64,000 nucleotides of DNA. Source: Octopus vulgaris. Lineage: Eukaryota. The position numbers and the translations under genes are program-made. Positions 1-12,697 of the stretch are shown one piece after another. The stretch is taken from contig OX597831.1 in NCBI GenBank assembly GCA_951406725.2, positions 75,392,001-75,456,000 of the forward strand. The letters run 5' to 3'. Each line of letters opens with the position of its first letter. Positions within the stretch are counted from its first letter, which is position 1. The notes beneath the pieces are model-generated. The model searched no databases. It worked only from the letters and a program-made list of their open reading frames with translations, and was not told the DNA's origin.

Positions 1-14
1 CTTGTACATGTATG

Positions 15-17
<3 letters not shown>

Positions 18-55
<38 letters not shown>

Positions 56-255
56 ACACACACACACACACAACACACACACACACACACAAAAAAACAC
101 ACACACACACACACAAATACACACACACACATAAATACACACACACACACACACACAAATATACACACACACATAAATACACACACACACACACACAAAT
201 ACACACACACACATAAATACACACACACACACACACAAATACACACACACACATA

Positions 256-315
<60 letters not shown>

Positions 316-590
316 TACACACACACACATAAATACACACACACACATAAATACACACACACACACAAATACACACACACACACAAATACACACACACAC
401 ACACAAATACACACACACACATAAATACACACACACACACACAAATACACACACACACATAAATACACACACACACAAATACACACACACACATAAATAC
501 ACACACACACACAAATACACACACACACACACAAATACACACACACACATAAATACACACACACACACACAAATACACACACACACATAA

Positions 591-681
<91 letters not shown>

Positions 682-697
682 TACACACACACACACA
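18..697. repeat. (CA)n microsatellite punctuated by AAAT/ATAAAT
   Basis: Direct inspection. ORF 2..256 is its translation. Confidence 0.97.
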
Positions 698-764
698 TGC
701 CTCCACATGCACATATATACATACGTACCAACATATTTAAGTGCAAACATTCTTTTATTCTTTT

Positions 765-990
765 ATTTGTTTCATTCAATTTGACTGCGGCCACGCTGGA
801 GCACTGCCCTCAGTTGAGCAAATCGACCCCAGGACTTATTCTTTGTAAGCCTAGTACTTATTCTATCGGTCTATTTCACCGAACAACTAAGTTATGGGAA
901 CGTAAACACACCGACATTGGTTGTCAAGCAATGGAGAGCGGAGGGGGGGGACAAACACAGACACACATACATACATACATATATATATAA
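765..990 (-). mobile_element. SINE family A, 3' half
   Basis: Reverse complement of the family A tail (AGAATAAGTACTAGGCTTACAAAGAATAAGTCCTGGGGTCGATTTGCTC...GCTCCAGC). Confidence 0.85.
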
Positions 991-998
991 ACCAAATA

Positions 999-1268
<270 letters not shown>

Positions 1269-1564
1269 CACCTTGTCCAACCGTCCCACAGGCCTCCCCT
1301 TTGAGAAACACTGATTTAACCTAAATTTGAGACACCAGCAAAAGAAGAAATAAAGATAGACTTTTTTTCTATTCCAAAGAAAAACGATTTCCCATGGCTT
1401 TATCAATTGAATTCTCACCTGGAATCGATTTTTGTAATTTTCTCAAGACTTATACATGCCCTGATACTGTCGGTATCTACATATCAAATTTGAGTGCAAT
1501 CGGATGGAGGATGCCCGAGATCCTAGAAGTCACACACACACACACAGAACAGATTTTATATAAC

Positions 1565-1750
1565 ATTGCCAGATCAGATTGGAGCCTGGTGGAGCCTTCT
1601 GGGTTGGCAGGCCAGAAGGCTCCACTCTGATCTGGCAATGTTTCTACAGCTGGATGCCCTTCCTAATGCCAACCACTCCAAGAGTGCAGTGGATGCTTTT
1701 ACATGCCACCTGCACGAGGGCCAGTCAGGCGGTACTGACATCGGCCATGA
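1565..1750 (-). mobile_element. RTE-A LINE 3' UTR fragment
   Basis: CTGGATGCCCTTCCTAATGCCAACCACTCC matches the reverse complement of the 3' UTR at 36180-36530. Confidence 0.75.
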
Positions 1751-2223
1751 GAGCAGTCAGCAGTCCTGGCACACACAAAATTGAATAAGGTATTAAACAG
1801 AGCTATCGCTCTAAAGCCACAAATTACTCACTATTAAAATACTGGCTCACGTTATGTTCGTTTTGAATGCAATGTGAGCATTTAAATGTTAGAATGCATG
1901 TAGTATAATGTAATGAATATTTCATAAATAAATGTTGTTGTGTCAAATCTGGCTGTTTAACAACATACAGAAAACGAAACCAATTGATCCTGGAATATCC
2001 ACGTTCCTTGCTTCAGTATTCCAGGCAAGGTAAGCCTATTTCTGTTATGTTTGTTGCATTTGCTTTGTATATTTTAATAGTGCGTAATTTGTGGTTTTAC
2101 AGTGAAAGCTCTGTTTATAGCAAGTGGTATTTTAATGCCTGACTAAAATTTGTTTATATTTTACCTATAGATGTGTAAACTTGCTAGCCACTTTATCATT
2201 ATCATTATTATTATCAATAATGG

Positions 2224-2270
<47 letters not shown>

Positions 2271-2344
2271 ATATTAATAAATAAAACATATGCATATATA
2301 TATATACATATATGTACGTACCTACCTCTACATGTATATATACA

Positions 2345-3085
2345 TGCATATATGAGTGCAGGACACCAAAAAAACGTCGAACACAATGAGAAATGAAAAC
2401 ATAGACACAAACCCAAGGAACTGGACATTTTTCTTAAACAAAAAAAAAAAATAGAGTACAGGACAAATAACACAAGGAAAAAACCCCTTCTTCAGTTGCC
2501 ATGGTTTCATCTACTCTACGTTTCGAAGGTGAAGGCGAGACGTATCTTCGATAGAAACTTTCCTTCCTGCGAAAAGCAAATCAAATAAAATTTGAGATCT
2601 TTTTGCAGAGGTATAAAAATAGTAACAAAACCAGGACAGTAACGACAGTACAAAATATAAGCAGTAAAAGACAGGACAAGGAGAATAACAAGACAAGAAG
2701 GGCTGGTAACGCCGAACGAAAAAAAGTATTACGAACGCTATTTCTGTGAATGGCGAAGGGAGCAAAGAAAATTGCCATCCACACCTCAAGAAGGTCAGGC
2801 GAGAAAGAAGGTGGCAAGGCTCTCGTCGCGGGTTAACGGCGAGAGGGAGAAGGAGGAGTAAGAGAAAGGGAGAGAAGAAAGGGGAATGGTTGTGAGGAAA
2901 CCAGAAAGAATGAAAAATGAGAGAGAGAGTGAAGAATGAGAGAGAGGGAGAGACAGTTAAGTAGAAGAAAAGGAAATCAAAGAATGAAGGCTGAGAAACG
3001 GAGGGGACAGAGAGGTTAAGAGTGCGCATCAAAATTAATATCAAGAACAATCTTACTTAGAAAGGGATGTGTGCGTTCCATCATA
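2345..3085 (-). mobile_element. Penelope-like element 3'/pseudo-LTR remnant (putative)
   Basis: Pyrimidine-rich minus strand bounded by TA-rich tracts. The terminus (GTCCTG[CT]AC[TC]CATATATGCA) and the CGAAA..GAGTAGAT..GGCAACTG segment recur at 56880-57085 and 61200-61385; the latter segment also at 53860-53965. Confidence 0.5.
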
Positions 3086-3111
3086 TAATATATTAATAAA
3101 TAAAACACATG

Positions 3112-3142
<31 letters not shown>

Positions 3143-3233
3143 AATATAAGGGTAGCAAAAAATTCTAGAAAGAATTTTCCGCTACCAGCGGTCAAGTGAG
3201 AAAGAAAAGATAGTCAAAGACTATATAATATAC

Positions 3234-3376
3234 ATTCAACAATATAAGGAATGGCTATATAGGACATTCGACTCACTAGAAAGAGCAGCCAAAACTCATA
3301 CCGCTAAATAGTTGTAATTCTGAAATAGAAAGAGAAATAGTGAGTCGAATGTCCTATATGGCCATTCCTTATATTG

Positions 3377-3382
<6 letters not shown>
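3234..3382. repeat. 45-bp inverted repeat within a (TA)n-flanked insert
   Basis: 3234-3278 vs 3338-3382 are reverse complements with 1 mismatch. Confidence 0.85.
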
Positions 3383-3415
<33 letters not shown>

Positions 3416-3429
3416 TATATATACATATG

Positions 3430-3755
<326 letters not shown>

Positions 3756-3789
3756 ATAGATAGATAGACAGATTAACAGATAGATAGAC

Positions 3790-4057
3790 ACCGGTGGCAT
3801 GCAATTTGGCACCCGTTGCACAGTGGCACGTAAAAGCACCGCAGTGTCATGCAAAGGGTACCCATGCCAGTGGCACGTAAAAACACCCATTACACTCTCG
3901 GAGTGGTAGGCATTAGGAAGGGCATCAAACATAGAGAACCATGTCAAATCAGACTGGTGTCAGGTGGAGCCTTCCAGTGTGCTAGCCTGGTCAAACCATC
4001 CAACCCATGCCAGCATGGACAACGGACATTAAATAATGATGATGATGATGATGATGA
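3790..4057 (+). mobile_element. RTE-A LINE 3' UTR fragment with (GAT)n tail
   Basis: GTGGCACGTAAAA units, GGAAGGGCATC and CCAACCCATGCCAGCATGG followed by (GAT)n. Confidence 0.8.
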
Positions 4058-4328
4058 TATAAGAACCAAGTTAAAGGTAAAGGTCATTACATTTTTCCAA
4101 TAAGGGAAAAGCATTTTATGACCATTGTCTTTCACATGTTCCTTTAATGGTCAGTCTGAGTAAAAACCAGTTTGTCTGGATCCCATCCATGGATTTACAA
4201 TATAGAATTGGAGTGAATCCATAGCCTTGGACCCTATCCTGCCACAAGAATAAGTGGAGTTCTTCACTAATCTAAGGAATATTGTTAGCCTGGTGTGCCA
4301 ACAGAGTTCTGTCTGTTTGTCTCTCTCT

Positions 4329-4398
<70 letters not shown>

Positions 4399-4941
4399 TA
4401 TAATAGTTATAATAATAATAAATGCCCAAACGAATTTCTGTGTGTCAGTGTGTCACACTTTGACCCCCCCCCTCTCTCACTATTCAATGACACTTCTTCT
4501 ACTCCTCTTGCTGGGGTGAATGTAATAGTAGGCATAGAGACAGTGAGGGCGGTAGTAGATTGACAGCTGAGATGGTGATTGGGTGATAGTAATAGTATGA
4601 GCTGTAGTGGTGATAGAGGAGGAGGTGATAGTGATGATGGTGGTGGTGGTGATGGTGGTGGTGGTGGTGGTGGTGGTAGCTGAGGCGGTCAAGCATGATG
4701 GTGATAGTAAGGGATGTGAAAGACAGTGGTGATGGTGGTGGAGGGGAAGGCAGCGAAATCAAAGGTGTTGATTGTGGTGGCATCAGAATCCTGAATGGCG
4801 TGTGTATGGCAGCTGTGGTGGCGATGGTGGTTATGGTGCAGGCCCCCAGTTTACCAGCCCTGGTCAAACCGTCCAACCCATGCCAGCATAGAAAACGCAC
4901 GTTAAATGATAGGCAATGGATGCTAAATAATGTAATATGAA

Positions 4942-4999
<58 letters not shown>

Positions 5000-5028
5000 G
5001 AGAAAAAAGCAACAAGAATGGATTAGTT

Positions 5029-5119
5029 TTTTAGTACAATTGTTTCATACAAAGACAGGCTTTATTAAAAGCTGCAAATATTGCAGCAAATACAAGTGTC
5101 CCGTACTCATCAGCTAAAA
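5029..5119 (-). ncRNA. Minimal type-I hammerhead ribozyme (GUA site)
   Basis: Minus strand: TTTTAG-CTGATGA-GTAC...GTAT-GAAAC-AATT-GTA-CTAAAA. Confidence 0.8.
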
Positions 5120-5453
5120 CTGCAGTTTTGTGAAGGGAACAGTAGTGTGACAAGTATCTTATCATATAGCATGAGATTATACCCACCTCATTGTGGATTA
5201 ATCATGGATAGATTCATCGTCTGTGAGTATGAAATATCTTATCATATCTCTGGAAACTTGCACCTACATTATGGATTGATTCATCTTCTCTGTGAAGCTA
5301 ATAAGCTTTTTTAAAACCTGTGATAAGACTGTGCATCATCATTAAAGAACTTTGGAAGTCTGTTTACAACCTGAATTTGCTTTTTATGAAATTATCTCCG
5401 ATACTTCATGAGTGTAGCCTCACCCACTAAGATGTTTGGAGAACTCATATGTG

Positions 5454-5544
5454 TTTTAGCTGATGAGTACGGGACACTTGTATTTGCTGCAATATTTGCA
5501 GCTTTTAATAAAGCCTGTCTTTGTATGAAACAATTGTACTAAAA
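5454..5544 (+). ncRNA. Minimal type-I hammerhead ribozyme (GUA site, predicted cut after 5538)
   Basis: Stem I TTTTAG/CTAAAA, core CTGATGA (5460-5466), stem II GTAC/GTAT, GAAA at 5527, palindromic stem III ACAATTGT. Confidence 0.82.
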
Positions 5545-6108
5545 AACTAATCCATTCTTGTTGCTTTTTTCTCGTTTATAATCACCCCACATTATTGTAT
5601 GGTTAATACCATATAGTTTTCTGGTGCATCTAAGTTAAGTACCGCATTCAAGTGAATTCATTAGAACTGACTTGAATCTTAATTGCTTTTACTTATATAT
5701 ATATACTTCCGTGCCAGTGGCACGTAAAAAGCACCATCCGATCGTGGCCGTTGTATGTTATTTGTATGTTACATGTTTTTATATATCATATAACTTAGAT
5801 TATGTATTAGAGCTTTCTCCCATTCTAGTGGGGTTTTCAAATCAAACTAAGTTCCTCTGTGAAAAGTTTTGTTCATTTTATAGTGGTATTGAGTTTGTGG
5901 TGGTGGGGAGGAATATAAGACAGTACAAGAGGGTGATGGATGAGGAGAAAGTGAGAGAGAGAGCATGTGTGTATATGTGTGTGTGTGTGTGTGCGTGCTT
6001 TTGTATTTGGAATGAGTGCTAAAGAAAAAGAGGGGAAAGGAGTGTTGTTTTTCTTCTTTCTTTCTTGCAGTGTATGGACATATATATATACATATATATG
6101 TATATATG

Positions 6109-6140
<32 letters not shown>

Positions 6141-6186
6141 TGTTGCCCGCTTTGGGATCTTTCTTTCCTCTCTCTTCCTTCTTTAT

Positions 6187-6221
6187 GTTTCCGACGAAGA
6201 GCTCCGCTCGAAACGTCATAC
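6187..6221 (+). ncRNA. Variant minimal hammerhead motif (CCGACGA core)
   Basis: GTTT-CCGACGA-A-GAGC-TCC-GCTC-GAAAC-GTC-ATAC. Related copies at 31541-31575 (+) and 11331-11365 (-, degenerate). Confidence 0.5.
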
Positions 6222-6308
6222 CCTCCTGCTTCCATTTCCTGAGCGCCTATTAATAATAATACTGCAATTGTTCCATTGTTGTTGTTTTTTTGTTTTCCTG
6301 TTTGGATT

Positions 6309-6347
<39 letters not shown>

Positions 6348-6349
<2 letters not shown>

Positions 6350-6757
6350 CGCAGGTGTGGCTGTGTGGTAAGTAGCTTGCTAACCAACCACATGGTTCCG
6401 GGTTCAGTCCCACTGCGTGGCATCTTGGGCAAGTGTCTTCTGCTGTAGTCCCGGGCCGACCAATGCCTTCTGAGTGGATTTGGTAGACGGAAACTGAAAG
6501 AAGCCTGTCATATATATGTATACATATATAAGTGTGTGTGTATATGTATGTGTGTCTGTGTTTGTCCCCCTAGCATTGCTTGACAACCGATGCTGGTGTG
6601 TTTACGTCCCCGTCACTTAGCAGTTTGGCAAAAGAGACCGATAGAATAAGTACTGGGTTTACAAAGAATAAGTCCCGGGGTCGATTTGCTCGACTAAAGG
6701 TGGTGCTCCAGCATGGCCGCAGTCAAATGACTGAAACAAGTAAAAGAGTAAAAAGAG
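6348..6757 (+). mobile_element. SINE family A, full length (tRNA-like head, internal microsatellite, LINE-like tail)
   Basis: A-box-like GTGGCTGTGTGGTAAG, B-box-like GGTTCAGTCCC, CTTGGGCAAGT, internal (TA)/(TG) tract, tail CAGTCAAATGACTGAAAC(AAGTAAAAGAG)n. Confidence 0.9.
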
Positions 6758-6824
<67 letters not shown>

Positions 6825-7328
6825 GTACATGTGTGTGTGTGTGTTGTATTGTCTATGTTTGTCCTCCATCACCACTTGACAACTGGTGCGTGTAACTTAG
6901 CAGTCTGCGAAAAGAGACCAATAGAATAAGAACCAGGTTTTAAAAGGAAAATAACCACCTGCGTCAGTTCGTTCAACTAAAATTCGTTCAAGCAAGCTTC
7001 TTCCCAGACTGCCACGACTCCTTAAAAACACTCTCCATACACCGCAAGAAAGAAAGAAGAAAAACAACACATTAAATGATAATGTGGTTATCGATGCGAG
7101 ACACACTTGCAGCTCCTGGGCAAGTCTGCTCTGTTGATGGGTCTCATATGTCAATGTAAACTAGATCTAAACAACAACAACAACAACATAACAATGACAG
7201 GAATGCAATTACACTGAATTAGTATTGCCTCCTAACAAGAGCTGTTGCAGGTTGAAACTTTTTGTGTGATTTCAATTGCCTTATAAACCAAAAACCCTTT
7301 ATACAATGAAAGTAGGTTAAACAAAGTA

Positions 7329-7740
7329 GGCGCAGGAGTGGCTGTGTGGTAAGTAGCTTGTTTACCAACCACATGGTTCCGGGTTCAGTCCTACTGTGTG
7401 GCACCTTGGGCAAGTGTCTTCTACTATAGCCTCGGGCCGACCAAAGCCTTGCGAGTGGATTTGGTAGATGGAAACGGAAAGAAGCCTGTCGTATATATGT
7501 ATATATATATATATATGTGTGTGTGTGTTTGTGTGTCCGTGTTTGTCCCCCTAGCATTGCTTGACAACCGATGCTGGTGTGTTTATGTCCCCGTCACTTA
7601 GAGGTTCGGCAAAAGAGACCGATAGAATAAGTACTGGGCTTACAAAGAATAAGTCCCGGGGTCGAGTTGCTCGATTAAAGGCGGTGCTCCAGCATGGCCG
7701 CAGTCAAATGACTGAAACAAGTAAAAGAGTAAAAGAGTAA
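7329..7740 (+). mobile_element. SINE family A, full length
   Basis: Same architecture as 6348-6757. Confidence 0.9.
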
Positions 7741-7944
7741 TTCTATGGCCACATTATTTTCCCTTTTTATTCATTGGCTAACTCCTAAGAGTTTCAAAAT
7801 TAAAAATTCTTTTATTTGCCAAGTTTAGTTGTCCACGTTGCTGACTAATCTACTTCTGGGTTGGTCTCCAGCATGCTCTAAAAGTCACTGACAGCAAGGC
7901 AGTCCAATTGTTTTTATGACAGCACGCCTAAACTCACAGGTAAT

Positions 7945-8388
7945 ATTCTCTTCTATTCTAGGCACAAAGCCCGAAATTTTGGGGGAGAGGGCCAGTCAAT
8001 TACATCGACTCCAGTACACAACTGGTACTTATTTAATCAACCCCGAAAGGATGAAAGGCGAAATTGACTTCAGCGGAATTTGAACTCAGAATGTAATGGC
8101 AGTCGAAATACCGCCAAGCATTTCGCCCGGCATGCTAACATTTCTGCCAGCTTGCCACCTTATTATTCTTTTCTACTCTAGGTACAAGGTCCCAAATTTT
8201 TTTGGTGGGGAAGGGGCCCAGTCGATTACATCGAACCCAGTGTTCAACTGGTACTTACTTTATTGACCCCGAAATGATGAAAGGTAAAGTCAACCTAGGC
8301 AGAATTTGAACTCAGAACATATGGACAGATGAAATATCTCTAAGCATTTCACCTGGCATGCTAATGTTTCTGCCAGCTCACCACCTTG
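7945..8388 (-). mobile_element. Two tandem SINE family B copies (alternative tail)
   Basis: Two copies of the family B head and core at about 7945-8160 and 8165-8388. The tail ...GGCCTTGTGCCTAGAATAGAA is also seen at 27538-27740. Confidence 0.8.
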
Positions 8389-9119
8389 CTGAGAGGTAAT
8401 ATTGTGTTCGCACAGCTAGACTGGTGATATAACTAGTTGTGATGGGCGTCTGGGCTTGTCAACCCTGGAAGATAACCAGATAATGGGGAGGACAGCTTGA
8501 CTTCTACATGTTACACACTACTATAATCTGTTGCATGGGTAGATCATGGGGGAACCATGCATGCAACTAGCTCCCTCCAACCATGGTTGCCTAATAAGTG
8601 GGAATTACTTGAAACTCAGCAAAAAAATACAAAGATGAAGGGTCAACAAAGTTAATGTAAAATCAGTGATTATCTAGTAAGAAGGCAAGCACTTGAGAGA
8701 CTTCAAGTTAGTGTCCAGCTTGCTGTAAGGAGTGAGGTATCGCTTAATTTTTGATAAAGCATGTCTGAAAAAATAGGTACAACTGCTGGATAATCTAACA
8801 AGAGTGTGTCCACAGCTACACTGCTGGATAATCTAACAAGAGTGTGAGGGACTTGGAAATTCTGTGTTGGTATCCACCAAGCTGTAAAATCCATTGAGAG
8901 TGAGGCAACCCTTTGTTTTTATGCCAGTATGTTTATGCAAAAAGGTAATGTTATGCCCACAGCTACACTGATGATATAACTAATTGTGGTGGGCATCTGG
9001 ACTCAGCAACCTTGGACGATAGCCAGATAAGAAAGAAGATGACTTGGGTGTAAACACTTGCTGCCTGAGAGTGCCAGCAGTGAAGTGGAAGCTAAGAAGT
9101 GTCATATATATATATATGA

Positions 9120-9323
9120 GTGTGTGTGTCTGTTTGTCCCTTCCCCAACATCGCTTGACAACTGATGCTGGTGTGTTTACATCCCCGTAACTTAGCAGTT
9201 CGGCAAAAGAGACCGATAGAATAAGTACTGGGCTTACAAAGAATAAGTCCTGGGGTCAATTTGCTCAACTAAAAGCGGTGGTCCCGTATGGCCGCAGTCA
9301 AATGACTGAAACAAGTAAAAGAG
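9120..9323 (+). mobile_element. SINE family A, 3' half
   Basis: Family A tail motifs. Confidence 0.85.
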
Positions 9324-9328
9324 TATAT

Positions 9329-9363
<35 letters not shown>

Positions 9364-9404
9364 CATGTATTTTTTTCCCTGTTGTTTCTGAGAGCCTCCT
9401 CCAA

Positions 9405-10515
9405 TATGTAGCTACCCTCATTTGCACATCTTGCTGTGAGGTAGGTTCATCTAGGACTCTCAACAGGAAGAGGTCCAGCTTTGATTTAAAAACGTCTATA
9501 TCTACTTTGTGCAGGTTCCTCAGGCTCTTTGGGAAAATACTAAAAAGCTGTGGTCCCCTGAAACTCAGGCTGTTGCAGTAACTGGTCCTGAAGCGTGATG
9601 GCATTGCTAGGATCTTTGGCACTATGCAGTGTCGTCCTATTCTGGCATTGTTGTAGCTTTCAATGCCAAAATTTGGCACAATTCCTTCCAGGATCTTTCC
9701 CAGTAGCTGAGCAGTTGCAAAGAGACGATCTTCTTTGTGAATCTTCTCTGGATTGCTTCAAGGTCCACTGTTAATTTCACACTGGTGAGTGACCATAGCT
9801 ATGAGCAGTAATCCAGGTGGCTGAGGATGAATGTCCGCCAGAGGACCATCATGGTTTCCTTATCTCTGGTTCTGAATGTTCTCAGGATCCATCCAGCTAG
9901 TTGTCTTCACTTTGTCGGCATCCTCGTAATGTGCATTTGGAAAGAGGTATCATCATTCATGTTGATACCCAGGTCACTCACTGATTTAGGCTCTGGGATT
10001 GAAATTCCCTCTGTACCAGTGTATATTGTAACATTCTAGTATCATGTCAAAGGCTGGTGTGGAGAGACATTTCGGCCAGTCCTGTCTGTGGATCTCCTTT
10101 TGAATCGATGTACAGTCTGTTTTGTGGAAGTTCAGATTGGAGAGATTTCAGGTGCTTCCTTTAGGCTGTATGTCTCTGGTTACTTTTGGCCCAAACATAG
10201 ACAGCTCTATTATGTTGTTATCCGAGACTAATGTCGGTGTCACTTTCACATCATGAATGATGTCCATATTGTTCACGAAGCAGAGATCCAGAATGTTATT
10301 CGCCTTAATTGGTCTGAGTACAACTTGCTCCATGAATAGGGCATTGGTGAGGTTGAGTAGGGACACCCCTTGTGCTTACTTTCAATGAGTCATTCCTGAG
10401 AGTATGAGACCTTCGGGCCATTTGACGTTGGGGAAGTTGAACTCACCGATAAGAAATATGGTCACATGGTGTTCCAGATTCATGAGGATTTCTTTAATTC
10501 TTGTGAGGCAATCTT
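9405..10515 (-). mobile_element. CR1-group LINE remnant (ORF2 C-terminus plus AP-endonuclease fragment, RT core missing)
   Basis: ORF 9269..9679 (FRGPQLF..P..LR.L..VD...FK.KLDLFL) is homologous to 62128-62828. ORF 10148..10366 has NILDLCFVN and SDNNII, typical of the APE C-terminus. Confidence 0.8.
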
Positions 10516-10519
10516 CAAA

Positions 10520-10885
10520 CTTGCCTTTAGTCGAGCAAATCGACCCCAGGACTTATTCTTTGTAAGCCTAGTACTTATTCTATCAGTCTCTTTTGTCCAA
10601 CTGTATTACAGGGACGTAAACACACCAGCATCGGTTGTCAAGCGATGTTGGGGGGACAAACACAGACATGCAAACATATACACACACACACATACATATA
10701 TATACACATATATACATATACATATACACATATATACGACGGGCTTCTTTCAGTTTCCATCTACCAAATCCACTCACAAGGCTTTGGTCGGCCCAAGGCT
10801 ATAGTAGAAGACACTTGCCGAAGGTACCACGCAGTGGGACTGAACCTGGAACCATGTGGTTCATAAGCAAGCTACTTACTACACA
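10520..10885 (-). mobile_element. SINE family A
   Basis: Reverse complement of family A. Confidence 0.88.
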
Positions 10886-11094
10886 GCAACAATCATTTAA
10901 GTACTATGAAGTGTTTTCTATATTGAGCACTGCTGGATATCATCTGTTAACTCTCTCTCTCTCCCCTCCTCTCCCCCTCCCACCCCTCTCTCTCTATATA
11001 TATAGTTGAAATTTACAGAAAAATCAAAAGACGAAGACAGTTGTATAAACAACAAGCAGGTGTATTAGTTTAACACTCAGGAAGCTGAGAAAAT

Positions 11095-11130
11095 CTTTTA
11101 CGTTTCGAGCCTGTGCTCTTCAACAGAAAG
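11095..11130 (-). ncRNA. Variant minimal hammerhead motif (CTGTTGA core)
   Basis: Minus strand: CTTT-CTGTTGA-A-GAGC-ACAG-GCTC-GAAAC-GTA-AAAG. Copies at 12475-12510, 36905-36940 and 54004-54039. Confidence 0.45.
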
Positions 11131-11185
11131 GAACATGAGGAAATAAACAGAGAGAGAGAAAAAATACACACACACACACACACAC

Positions 11186-11232
<47 letters not shown>

Positions 11233-11585
11233 ATTAATCCAAACAAGAAAGCACAAAAAAACACAACAACGCGAGGACGTGGAACAAATATAGTATTATT
11301 GGACGCTCAGGAAAGAAGGAAAGAAGGAGGGTTTAACGTTTTGAGCGGAGCTCTTTGTCGGAAACATAGGAGAAGGAAAGATCCAGGGAAGGGAAGACAG
11401 AGGAAAAAAAAATCGCTAACGGTACACACAAGGTCACATTAAACATGTATCTCTCTCTCTCTCTCTTTCTGAATTACATAATAGTTGTAAGGTTGGCAGA
11501 TGGAGTGTGCATAATGTCGAGAATATGCAACCAGTCAACCAGTAGAGGATGCATATAAACAGACATTGTTTTCAATTTTATGAAA

Positions 11586-11982
11586 TCTTTATATATAAAA
11601 GAAAGGTTGTGTGTCTGTCTCCTACGATTTAGATTACTAACTACTCCCACATTTTGCGGTGCAGTTTAACCAAAACTGGGTATCTTATAGTCGTGATTCA
11701 TATCGAGCCCTTCTGGGTATTAGCGCGCATCTACGATGAGTCTACGATTAAAAAAAAATTTACCATCATTTTTTCCATTTTAATGCATTTTTTCACTATT
11801 ATATAAGGGAAGTAACTCTCTAAAAATGTCTACGATGAGTCAACGATTTAAAAAAAAAATTACCATAATTTTTTTTCCATTTTTAATGCATTTTTTTTGC
11901 TATTTTTTGGCTATAACTCTCTAAAAATGCTTATATAGTTATTTCCCTTACAAACTCGAGTAACGCCGGGCGATACTGCTAG
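11586..11982 (+). mobile_element. Non-autonomous Helitron
   Basis: Begins A|TCTTTATATATAA and ends with a GC-rich hairpin (CTCGAGTAACGCCGGG) then CTAG|T. Internal duplicated TCTACGATGAGTC units. Confidence 0.75.
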
Positions 11983-12474
11983 TTGTCTATACATTGAAAT
12001 TAATGGGTGGGCTATGGGCTGAGTTGGGTGCTTATGCAGTCATGTAAGCACTTGATGTTGTGTTCAGTTCCCAGTGGTATGGCCCATCTTTTTTCAGTCA
12101 CTTGTTTTGGTTTAGTCGCTTTAAATGGAGCATATGTTTTAATATAAATAGAAATATAATTATTGTTATTAAACACACACACACACACACACATATATAT
12201 CATCATCATCATCATCATCATTTAATGTCCGTCTTTCATGCATGAGTAGGAACAGTTCATAGGAGCCAACGAGGTAGAAGACGACCCCAGGCCACTGTGT
12301 ATCTGTTTTAGCAGAGGTTTTACAGCTGCATACCCTTCCTAACACCAACCACTCCGCTGAGTGGACTGAATGCTATGCACACACACACACACACGCACAC
12401 ACACACACACACATACACAGATCGCTAGCCACTACACATTCTTTATTTTCTCTCCTTGTTTTCTTTCTGTGTTC

Positions 12475-12510
12475 CTTTCTGTGGAAGAGCGTAGGCTCGA
12501 AACGTTAAAG
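12475..12510 (+). ncRNA. Variant minimal hammerhead motif (CTGTGGA core)
   Basis: CTTT-CTGTGGA-A-GAGC-GTAG-GCTC-GAAAC-GTT-AAAG. Confidence 0.45.
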
Positions 12511-12616
12511 ACCTTATCACTTCACGAGCATTATACTAATACATCTGTTTGTTGTCTACACCACGGGTCTTCGTCTTTTGTTGTTTTTTTTTGTGATTTC
12601 TCCTCCTATATACTGT

Positions 12617-12697
12617 AATAGGTTAGTGCAATCCAGAGATCCTGGTGTTGGAAATTAATAGGTTAGTGCAATCCAGAGATCCTGGTGTTGGAAATTA
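12617..12697. repeat. Perfect 41-bp tandem duplication
   Basis: AATAGGTTAGTGCAATCCAGAGATCCTGGTGTTGGAAATT occurs twice. Confidence 0.9.

Larger units (their letters stand above)
4998..5695. mobile_element. Penelope-like pseudo-LTR remnant with perfect 123-bp inverted repeat
   Basis: 4998-5120 is the reverse complement of 5453-5575, and each arm carries a hammerhead. TA-flanked. Same family at 59636-60050. Confidence 0.75.

Noticed and set aside
4520-4850. His/Thr/Val-rich ORFs (also 30461-30808 and 36996-37472)
   Set aside because: Degenerate (GGT)/(CAC) low-complexity tracts.
6348-6420. tRNA gene calls for SINE heads (also 46633-46705)
   Set aside because: A/B-box similarity only. They continue into SINE bodies and lack a proper cloverleaf and terminator.
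7219-7557. Recurrent ORFs 'RRASFSFRLPNPLTRLWSARGYSRRHLPKVPRSGTEPGTMWLV'
   Set aside because: Antisense reading of SINE A, repeated because the SINE is repeated.
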